DNA from: a virus
Length of the DNA stretch: 64,000 bases
Direction: 5' to 3' (one strand)
IMG/VR virus record: IMGVR_UViG_3300037520_000900
Span: 1 to 64,000 of that record
Part shown: positions 20,801 to 29,100 of the stretch, one piece after another
Numbering within the stretch: position 1 is the first letter of the stretch
How the letters are laid out: every line of letters starts with the position of its first letter
Position numbers and translations under genes: made by a program
The notes under the pieces: model-generated
The model's input: the letters and a program-made list of their open reading frames with translations, nothing else
Told to the model about the DNA's origin: nothing
The model's database searches: none

Positions 20801-21211
20801 TCCATATGATGTTCCAAAACCTATAGGTCCGTATAAATTTTTTACATATAATAAATTTTCTTGTGTGTCTCCAATATTTTCAAGTTTACTACCAATAGTG
20901 TCAGAAAAATCATACTCACCAAAGTTAGTACTTGTATTTAAATTTTTGTTTATATTTATTGTATCTCCGTAAGTTGAATTTGTTTGTTGGGGCCCATATT
21001 TGTTTTGTTTATAAAGAAATTTTTCTTGCTGGTTACCAACAACATCAACTGTTGGTGAGTCAATGACCGAAAAATCAATTATTGTAAATTCGTTACTTCC
21101 CGGTTTTGAGTATTCGCCAAAACTACCGTCAACCTTGTAAGGTTTTAAATTTCTTATAAGGAGTTTTTTTCTAAAATTTTCACTTGAGTTGAATGATAGC
21201 GGACTTTCCAT
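14816..21211 (-). CDS. Large baseplate/tube-initiator protein with N-terminal repeats, PT linker and inserted OmpA-like domain
   Basis: [28 protein letters not shown] and [13 protein letters not shown]...[15 protein letters not shown] resemble the tube-initiator fold; GSAS...[13 protein letters not shown]...KGE...CRRVKI is OmpA_C-like. Confidence 0.65.
   Translation of the reverse strand: [2131 protein letters not shown]
17578..17676. repeat. Pro-Thr (TP)n linker
   Basis: Encodes [32 protein letters not shown]. Confidence 0.95.
19700..21050. repeat. Degenerate 50-55-aa protein repeats (N.YGP...N.G.Y...T.GS.LE.IG), roughly 8-9 units
   Basis: Two adjacent units at about 20520-20860 are nearly identical in DNA; boundaries approximate. 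Confidence 0.8.
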
Positions 21212-21220
21212 TTATTGTTT

Positions 21221-21232
21221 TATTTATAAATA
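21221..21232 (-). promoter_or_regulatory. Putative late-promoter motif within palindrome TATTTATAAATA
   Basis: Directly upstream of the ATG at 21211. Confidence 0.55.
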
Positions 21233-21248
21233 GATTAAGATGTATTTT

Positions 21249-23423
21249 TTAACCTTCAATAGTTGCTTGATCTGCGTAGAAAGATTTTTGATTTGAAACC
21301 ATATTCATTATGTGTGTGACAAATTGTTTACCATTTAACATTTGTTCTAACACGGTTTTGTCTACACCCGCAGGTGCATCTATTTTTACTGTTAAATTAC
21401 CAAAATCAATTTTTCCTGATACTTCGTTTTTTTGATTGTTTGTTTGAGAAACCATTTGAGAAAGATAATTAGTTTTTTCATTACCCTTTTCAAATATTTT
21501 ACTAAATCCTGTACCAATCATCATTTCGTCTTGAGCGAGTCCTTTGTAAATTTGTCCCTCACTCATAATAATTGGTTCACCTCCTGAAGGAAAAAAGGCA
21601 TCATTTACTTTTTTAATCTCAGAATTCACATTAATATTCGCGTTATCTCCAACATTTATATTTGCGCTGTTGCCTATTTTAATTGGTGATAATTTTTCAC
21701 CTTCATCTTCCTTATTAATTGTGGTGCTGTCTACTTTTTTAATTGGTGATAATTTTTCACCTTCATCTTCCTTATTAATTGGTGATAATTTTTCACCTTC
21801 ATCTGTAATTCCAGTTCCTTCATCTGCATTTTCATCTGTACTTGATTTGTTTTCTTTAAGAAAATCTTTTAAGGCTTTACTACCGCTTCTTGAAAATTCA
21901 ACAATATTTTCGCCAGCGAGTTTTAACTGTTCTTCAAATGTTTTACCAGCGGCTTTTAATGTTTCGTCGTTTAACGCAGCTTTAACTAGATCTTTACTGG
22001 CCTCAATCCCTAGTTTAGAAACTTCATTAAAAGTTTTTAACATTTCCTCCACTTTTGGTAAAGCCGTTTTAGATGACTCCTTTAAACTCGTATTAATATC
22101 TTCGGTCATATCTCTTTGTTCTTGTAGAAATTTTTCTCTATTTCCCTGTGACATACTTAAAAGTAACATCTGTTTAATATCCAAGGCAACTGCCAATTGT
22201 TTTTCTTGTGTTGACATTTGAGCTAACGCCAAATCTTTATCGCTTAATTGTGCCTTTTTTTGATATTCTTCCAACGCCTTTATAAATTCGGGATCTTTTA
22301 AATTTTGATCTAAGGTGTCAAAAGTTTCTTCAAAACCAGGTATATCTACTGTTACTTCCCCATTTTTACTAATTTGTGATAAACCAGAAACTAAATTTTG
22401 AGTATCTTCATCCGCAATTTTGTCTACTAAACTTGTTTTACTTTTAATAAAATCAATTTTAGCCAATTCTTTACCTGCGTTTGCAGTTGCCTCATAATCA
22501 ATACCTAAAGCCTCAGCTTGTGCCCTCAAAGCGTACATATCTTCTGTAGTTTGAGTAAATGCTCCTGTTTCTTTATCAAATGTAAATGTGGCCTTTGCCA
22601 TGTTCAAAACTTCGTCTGTAAGTTTTTTCATATCTTTTTGACCCATATATAATAACTGAAATGGATCACCTAAGGCCCCAATATTACCACCAATCATTTG
22701 TATATTTGCGGCAGCTTCCATTGCCTTTTCAGGGTCTAATAATGATTTTGCAGCATTACCTATTCCTAATTTCTCTAAACTTGTTCCAAGAAGTTTAGTT
22801 TTTTTGACCATCTCTTCTATATCTTTTACTCCACCTTTAAACCCAAATAAACTCGCTTGTTTTAAATTTTTTGCAACTTCCTGAGTAAAACTTTTAGCAT
22901 CTAAACCACTTTTTCTCGCTTCTTTACCAAGCCTAGACATGTCAGTTATAGCCTCTTTTTGGTTTCCTCCATATTGTTGGAACTGTACTAACATTTTACC
23001 TGTTTCTTCGGAAGAAAGTCCCACTGATTTTGAAAATTGTAACGATAACCCTAAAACTTCTGTGGTGGTATTAACCATTCTACCCATTTCAGAAGCCATT
23101 CCCTTCACTATATTAATACCGTCCGAAAATTGAAGGTTCATTCCTTCAACCTCTTTTAAAGATTCTATTATTTTATTTTTTAATTCTCCTGATTTGTCAG
23201 CAAACCCACCCATTGATCTACCAAGGGCCAATGAACTATCCTCCATTGATAGCATGTTTTTAACGAGGTTATCGTAAACTTTATCCATTGATGGTCCGAT
23301 ATTCTCATCAATAACTTTGAATACTTCTTTAACCTGCTCCAATGCGGACCTACCTTTTACTTCTAACTGCTTTTCCGTTGATTCCCCTTCTGTTGTTGGG
23401 GTAGTATCTCCATAAAATAACAT
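21249..23423 (-). CDS. Tape measure protein
   Basis: 724 aa, helical A/K/E/M-rich; canonical position downstream of tube and chaperone. Confidence 0.7.
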   Translation of the reverse strand: MLFYGDTTPTTEGESTEKQLEVKGRSALEQVKEVFKVIDENIGPSMDKVYDNLVKNMLSMEDSSLALGRSMGGFADKSGELKNKIIESLKEVEGMNLQFSDGINIVKGMASEMGRMVNTTTEVLGLSLQFSKSVGLSSEETGKMLVQFQQYGGNQKEAITDMSRLGKEARKSGLDAKSFTQEVAKNLKQASLFGFKGGVKDIEEMVKKTKLLGTSLEKLGIGNAAKSLLDPEKAMEAAANIQMIGGNIGALGDPFQLLYMGQKDMKKLTDEVLNMAKATFTFDKETGAFTQTTEDMYALRAQAEALGIDYEATANAGKELAKIDFIKSKTSLVDKIADEDTQNLVSGLSQISKNGEVTVDIPGFEETFDTLDQNLKDPEFIKALEEYQKKAQLSDKDLALAQMSTQEKQLAVALDIKQMLLLSMSQGNREKFLQEQRDMTEDINTSLKESSKTALPKVEEMLKTFNEVSKLGIEASKDLVKAALNDETLKAAGKTFEEQLKLAGENIVEFSRSGSKALKDFLKENKSSTDENADEGTGITDEGEKLSPINKEDEGEKLSPIKKVDSTTINKEDEGEKLSPIKIGNSANINVGDNANINVNSEIKKVNDAFFPSGGEPIIMSEGQIYKGLAQDEMMIGTGFSKIFEKGNEKTNYLSQMVSQTNNQKNEVSGKIDFGNLTVKIDAPAGVDKTVLEQMLNGKQFVTHIMNMVSNQKSFYADQATIEG
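21677..21804. repeat. Three in-frame direct repeats encoding (NKE)DEGEKLSPI
   Basis: ttaattggtgataatttttcaccttcatct three times, at spacings of 60 and 36 bp. Confidence 0.95.
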
Positions 23424-23455
23424 AATTTACATTTTTAAATAAATAGAACGGAGTA

Positions 23456-23632
23456 TCATTTCTGATATTCACCAGTTAGTTTATCGATAAAAAATTTGCG
23501 TTCAAATGTTGGCATATTCATAAGGTCTGAGTAGGAAAAGTTTGCCAACTTAGTTAGATAATAAATTTCGTCCAATAAAGTTTTTTTATACTGCGAAGAA
23601 AGGACGAAAAAATTCAACCCCAAAGGATACAT
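23456..23632 (-). CDS. Small gp51-like / chaperone-extension ORF overlapping the upstream gene in the +1 frame
   Basis: Below the ORF-track cutoff: MYPLGLNFFVLSSQYKKTLLDEIYYLTKLANFSYSDLMNMPTFERKFFIDKLTGEYQK; the SYSDLMNMP.FER motif resembles T4-like gp51-type peptides. Confidence 0.7.
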   Translation of the reverse strand: MYPLGLNFFVLSSQYKKTLLDEIYYLTKLANFSYSDLMNMPTFERKFFIDKLTGEYQK

Positions 23633-24344
23633 TAAATGTTACCTTTTCTCCTGACGGGGCTGTTACTTCTTGTTTTAAGTCAATTGACGGTTCGCACTCT
23701 TGTACAAATTTTTTAATATGTTTAGAATCCATAATTGGCATATTTACAATAAAATTTGCAATCTGCCCTTTATCTCTATTACCCTCAATTTCAACTATTT
23801 GGTGTTCTAATTTTTTTGTGACGATGGGAGCGATCATACCTTTTGGGTATTTTTCAACAATCTTGTCAATTTCTTTTAGTTCACCCCAAGTAAGAAGTTT
23901 AACTTTAACTTTTTTTCCTGTTTTAGGTAGTGTGGTTTCAAAATACCCTTCACTATCCGGTGTGTGTGTTGGGTCTAAGTATTTTAACTCATCAATTACT
24001 ACTGAAACTTCAAACTGTTTTTTTGTTGCTGGATCAGTTAATGTATATTCATATTCAGGACCAAAAGCTGTGTTTCTAAGAAAAATTAATATTGCCGATA
24101 TATCAACGTCCAATAATTGATCGACGCTAAAATTTGGTTCATAAATTTTATGTCTTAATAGTGTATGTATAACACCATCTTTAGAATTATTTTGTGACAT
24201 TAAAATATTTTCATCATTTGCAGTCAAATACCCAACCTTTACCGATTCTTTAACCGGTGTATAAAATAAACCTTTAGAAGGTAATTTTACTACATCGTGT
24301 GGTAGGTTAAAATTTTGTTGTCCATATAACATTGATTGATCCAT
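23586..24344 (-). CDS. Tail assembly chaperone / baseplate hub assembly protein (T4 gp26-like)
   Basis: VKLPSKGLFY, LTANDENIL, LIFLRNTAFG, ends FFRP; between tube and tape measure. Confidence 0.75.
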   Translation of the reverse strand: MDQSMLYGQQNFNLPHDVVKLPSKGLFYTPVKESVKVGYLTANDENILMSQNNSKDGVIHTLLRHKIYEPNFSVDQLLDVDISAILIFLRNTAFGPEYEYTLTDPATKKQFEVSVVIDELKYLDPTHTPDSEGYFETTLPKTGKKVKVKLLTWGELKEIDKIVEKYPKGMIAPIVTKKLEHQIVEIEGNRDKGQIANFIVNMPIMDSKHIKKFVQECEPSIDLKQEVTAPSGEKVTFNVSFGVEFFRPFFAV

Positions 24345-24390
24345 AACTTGTTTTTATTTTAAAAATAATCTAACATTAATCTATGTAAAT

Positions 24391-24417
24391 AAAAAACCCC
24401 ACTTTATCGGTGAGGTT
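24391..24417 (-). terminator. Intrinsic terminator after tail tube gene
   Basis: Minus strand AACCTCAC-CGATAAA-GTGGGGTT followed by Ts. Confidence 0.7.
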
Positions 24418-24441
24418 CTTAAAAATATATTTAATTTTATA

Positions 24442-24930
24442 TTAGTAAACTAAAATACATCTGTCAGGTTGCATTGTCGCTTTAACTGTAATTAATCCGT
24501 CTTCACTATAACCTAATGAATCAAAATCAACGTTAGTTAAAAAACATCCTTGTAGAATCCATTTTTCAACAGCAACTCCTGTTGGGTCTAACATTTCTAA
24601 ATCAACGTCTTTTTTATAACCAGCAGCATAACCCATACGTCCTGTAACTGATTCTGCATGTAGACGAACCCACTCCATTAATGCTTGTGATGCTGACGGT
24701 CCAATTGGATCTCTAAATGTCACATCAATTGAACCCCACTTAAATCTACCGGCAACATATGTTTCAGTATTTAAGAAAGGAATTGGTGTTGAACCTATCT
24801 CAACTTTAGGTCTTGTAGTACTTTCAACATACCAAGAGTTAATACCCAAAGACGAAGGGAAAGTTATGATAAACCTATTTTTTCTTTTAGGTTCATATTG
24901 AAAGGGCATTTTCATTAATAAATCAGCCAT
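24442..24930 (-). CDS. Tail tube protein (T4 gp19-like)
   Basis: EPKRKNRF, YVAGRFKWGSIDVTFRDPI, GYKKDVDLEMLDPTG, WILQGCF. Confidence 0.88.
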   Translation of the reverse strand: MADLLMKMPFQYEPKRKNRFIITFPSSLGINSWYVESTTRPKVEIGSTPIPFLNTETYVAGRFKWGSIDVTFRDPIGPSASQALMEWVRLHAESVTGRMGYAAGYKKDVDLEMLDPTGVAVEKWILQGCFLTNVDFDSLGYSEDGLITVKATMQPDRCILVY

Positions 24931-24961
24931 GTTTTCTAGTTTTTAATTGTTTTATTTTTTA

Positions 24962-24969
24962 TATAAATA
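24962..24969 (-). promoter_or_regulatory. Putative late-promoter motif TATTTATA (tail tube)
   Basis: About 32 nt upstream of the tube ATG. Confidence 0.6.
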
Positions 24970-25031
24970 TTGTCTTATTTATTTTTTTGTATTTACTTTT
25001 TTTTAATTTCTAATATTTCTTATCTAGAAAG

Positions 25032-25991
25032 TTAATCAAATCTAGTTTTTTTACCTCCTTTAGTTAAATATAAATTAACTGGACTTTTTTCATATTCTTT
25101 CTTTAAAAATTCAGATGAGGCTTCAATATTTCTTGGGTCGTCATCAGAAAACCCTAAAGAAGTGTATTCCCCAACAAATTCCTCCACATCTTCCACCGGC
25201 TCAGACATCGCAACATCGTTTTTAAATTTTGGTGTCAAGTCTGATAATTTTATATTAGGGTTATTATCTAAAATAAACTGAACAAGATTTTTTGCCTGTT
25301 CTCTACAATAAGATATAAATTGTTTTAATGCCTTATTTTTACCTTCTTCAGGAGATGTTGCACTACCACTACCATAAGAAACAGGATGAAACTTACACAT
25401 GTTTAAATATTGTTCTATAGTAGTACTCATTCTTGGTCTCATATCTTCGGTTAAACTTTCGTTTGCCAATAAATCATATTTTCTAAGACTTTCTTCTAAT
25501 TTTTTTCTATTCAAACCATTCTTATCTGACATAATAAGATTATAAACAGCCTCTTTTAATGTCTTTGGGTTATGTCCCCTTGCCGTAATAATCGCAAAAA
25601 TAGAACCACCATTTATACACTCCACAAAATCATTCCATGCTGGACCAACAGGGGCCATCATACAATCCATTAAAAATCTTTTGTCCCCTTCTTCTCTAAA
25701 AAACCTAAAAGGATTTTCTGCGAAATTTATAATAGTTGCACTCTTATATTTAAATGGTTCTTGACCTATTTGTAATCTGTGTTCGGCAAAGTCTTCTGTA
25801 GACATCCCTATCTCATCATCGTTTTCAGATAATACCATAATTTTTGTTGGCATAAACATGATATTATCATCCCAATCAAAAGCATAATATTTTAAATCAG
25901 GTCTAAGTGTGTTGTTATCTTCATCACCAATTAACCCTTCATTAAGTCTTTTCTTAATAACTTGATTATATATATGTTTTCTTACATTCAT
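25032..25991 (-). CDS. HAD-superfamily phosphatase-like protein
   Basis: Motif I AFDWDDNI, motif II IITARG, Lys in EGKNKA, motif IV FSDDD. Confidence 0.7.
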   Translation of the reverse strand: MNVRKHIYNQVIKKRLNEGLIGDEDNNTLRPDLKYYAFDWDDNIMFMPTKIMVLSENDDEIGMSTEDFAEHRLQIGQEPFKYKSATIINFAENPFRFFREEGDKRFLMDCMMAPVGPAWNDFVECINGGSIFAIITARGHNPKTLKEAVYNLIMSDKNGLNRKKLEESLRKYDLLANESLTEDMRPRMSTTIEQYLNMCKFHPVSYGSGSATSPEEGKNKALKQFISYCREQAKNLVQFILDNNPNIKLSDLTPKFKNDVAMSEPVEDVEEFVGEYTSLGFSDDDPRNIEASSEFLKKEYEKSPVNLYLTKGGKKTRFD

Positions 25992-26128
25992 ATTTTTTTA
26001 AGTTTTGTCAAAATGTAGTCAAGTTGTTTTTCTGTAATTATTATGTTTTGTTTTTTGTGTGAAAACGTTTTTTTTGAATCGCTTTCTAAATTCAAACTTT
26101 CTTTGATGTATTTTTTTTCTATTTTCAT
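25988..26128 (-). CDS. Small 46-aa protein
   Basis: Manual translation MKIEKKYIKESLNLESDSKKTFSHKKQNIIITEKQLDYILTKLKKI; stop overlaps next ATG (ATGA); TATTTATA at 26140-26147 upstream. Confidence 0.7.
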   Translation of the reverse strand: MKIEKKYIKESLNLESDSKKTFSHKKQNIIITEKQLDYILTKLKKI

Positions 26129-26150
26129 AATTTTTTATTTATAAATATAT

Positions 26151-26176
26151 AATGGGGAATATTTCTACTCCCCATT
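26151..26176 (-). terminator. Hairpin after the sheath gene (possible terminator)
   Basis: AATGGGGA/TCCCCATT stem; weak U-tract. Confidence 0.5.
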
Positions 26177-26191
26177 AATTTTATTTTTTTA

Positions 26192-29100
26192 TTAAACGTC
26201 ATCAAAAGATGCACCTGTTGGTGTTATAACAAACTCGATATCAATATATTCTAACGCTCTTGTTGGTTTCAAATAAATTTTACCTGTTAAAGTGTTTGAA
26301 TCTAAATCTTCAGGAGTGTTTGAAACTGTAACTCTAAAGTCAATTAAACCTCTATCTCTTCTAATTGAATCCAAAATTGGGTTCACTGAATCTAAGAAGT
26401 CTTGTCTAACTTTATCGTCGTTTTGTTCAAATAGTAATCTTACTGCAACTGCTGAAATTAATTTTCTTGCTTGTAATAATAATCTTCTTACATTGATTCT
26501 GTCAAGTGCAGACTCTCTAACTTGTAATGTTTTATTACCCCAAATTACAGTTCCAACATCAGAGAAAGTGGCGATTGGGTTCAATCTTCCTTTATATAAA
26601 GTATCTCTATCATCTTGGGTCAGTTTTCTTCTTGCTTTAATCGCGTTTACAATACCACGAGTGTAACCTGCCGAAGCAAACCAAGGAAATGCAATATTGT
26701 CAGTTAATGCCAAGTTTTTAGTTACCTCTGCAGTTGGTGGTAAATAAAGTTGTGTATTATTAACTGAGTCTCTTGTTAATACCCACGGGTAATAAGTTGC
26801 GGTATAATTAGAATCAATTCCAGTATCTTCTAAGTTATCCACTGCCTGTTGTGGGTATATTAAACCTTCTTCTAAATCATTGTATGTTGGTAAGAATAAA
26901 TCAAAATCAGGAGTTGTACAAATATAAACTGAATCCGCTCTGTCTGTTTCAACCATATCTATCGCCAACTCAACAAGATTTGAATTATTAACATAATCAA
27001 TACCAGGTGTTGTAAATACGTTAATGTTAACCGCTTCAGGGTTTGCGAAAGTTTGTTGACCCCATAAATAAGCGTAGTAGTCAGTATTTGCCCAAGTCTC
27101 TTGGTTAGGTCCTGAAATTTGTTTGAAAGCTCCCCATCCTGTAGCAGTTGGGTATGTTATTGATGCTTCCGCACCTGCTTTGTAACCTGCTTGACCTAAT
27201 GCGAAAGTATCCTCATTTGTTCTATATTCTCTATATATGTCCCATCCATCAAAACCACCATAAGCAAAAACAGTAAATTTACGTGTATTCAAACGGAAGT
27301 ATGGGTTATTACTATCATTTGGTTCACTATTAAATGACCCAACACCAACTTCAAATGCTGCTGTTTGACCTGAAGTTAAAGTGTTATATTGTGTAATAAC
27401 TGTTGCTCCACTATCCATGTGAAAACCTTTAGTGGTATAACCCCAATCAATACCTTCAGTATCGGTACCTAAATTTATAGGAACTCGTTTTCCTTTATAT
27501 TCAAAGAAATCATAATCAATTCCTGTAATATTAGAAATTCCTAAGTATGCTCTTCTTGGGTTTTCACCGTTTGAAATAACTGGGTTATCTCCACCGTTAG
27601 ATGATCCAAAAGGAGGGTTATAAATCAATTCACCTGGTTGTAAATATTTAGTTTTATAAACCATAAATGGTGGTGTTGCGTTTGAGTATTCTCTCATGTT
27701 GTAACCCTCAAAACCACAAGGAAGCGCATCTACAGGAGCCTCATCGCTCATGTCTAACATGATATATTTTGATTTAACTTGATACTCGCCGTTAGATGTA
27801 CCAATTTTATTTGCCACATAATTATTCTGATTTGGATCTAACGAACAATTAGTGAAACTTTCTATAACTCTAACATTTTGATCAGTATCAAAGAAATCTC
27901 TAACAAATAAATCAAATGTTGAGTTATTGAATGACATGTTTGCTACCGATATTTTAACTAACCTGTTTGCCGCATTACCATCAGAAATTAATTTAGCCTT
28001 AAATAATTTATAAACTTTATTACCTCTTAGTTCAGAAACAAAATACGGAGTTTCTGGTGTTTGGAATTGCTCAAGATAAAATGCGATTGATCCTGTATCA
28101 TTTTGTCTTACACCACCTAAATCAATCCAATCACTATAAAGTCCTCTAATTTTACCTTGTCTATAACCTGTTGTTAAAAGTGCAGGGTAAGCCTCCTCAA
28201 CAAATAAAGGAACTTCCGTTCTATCTTTTCCAAAATTACTTCTACCAAATACCTTAGAAATATATTTTGAATCTGTTGTTAACATAGATGTTTCAAAACT
28301 AAAGTTATCTCCGTCTTGAGTCACACCAGAAACTAAGAACGTATCAAAAGGATCTCTGGTTACTCCAACATAATCTCCTGAAGTAATTAATATTGTATCT
28401 GTTTTAGCTGATACTTCATATCTAGGTCCGTCCTGTGTTGATGAGTAAGTTGAAATACCTCTTGATCTTAATGTTGCAACAACTAAATCATCAAATTCTA
28501 AATAAGGCGTTCCTGAATATTGTGTAAACATAATATTACAAGAACCAGAATAAGAACCTGCGGTTGCTCCCGTACTTATAGCATCTAAACTAATACCAAA
28601 ACCAAATCCAAAATATGATGATGCATCTGTTGATGGGTTTTGTGAATATGCGAATTGAGAATAAAACCAAGGATCGTTAGTTGATGATGATAATGTGTTA
28701 TTTGCAACATCTATACTACTAACCCCATAAGTCTCAGTTACTGAAGTAATGGTATTAACAGGTGTTGACGTTCCCGTAATGTAAGTAATAACTCCACCAC
28801 TTACACTACCCCAAAATTGAGCTGATGTGCCTGATGATGGATTTGCAGTTGAAAACAAAGTTATTTCGTTTGATAAATACGCTTGAATATCACTATTAAT
28901 TGTTGATGTTGAGTTATCATAGTTAGTGTATGTTGCATTTATAACTGTTGATAAAATAGCTGGAATATTAATTAATGATATTGATGACGGATTACCAGTT
29001 AACCCTGTAAATTGAAAGGTTGATGTAGTATTACCCGTAGCACCAATTGTTGACGGATCAACATTACCCATCGTTGTAATTGACCAAGAAGGTCCTGCGT

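Noticed and set aside
21677-21804. Three ~30-bp direct repeats superficially like a mini CRISPR array
   Set aside because: In-frame coding repeats with unequal spacing (one nearly abutting), no unique spacers, no cas genes
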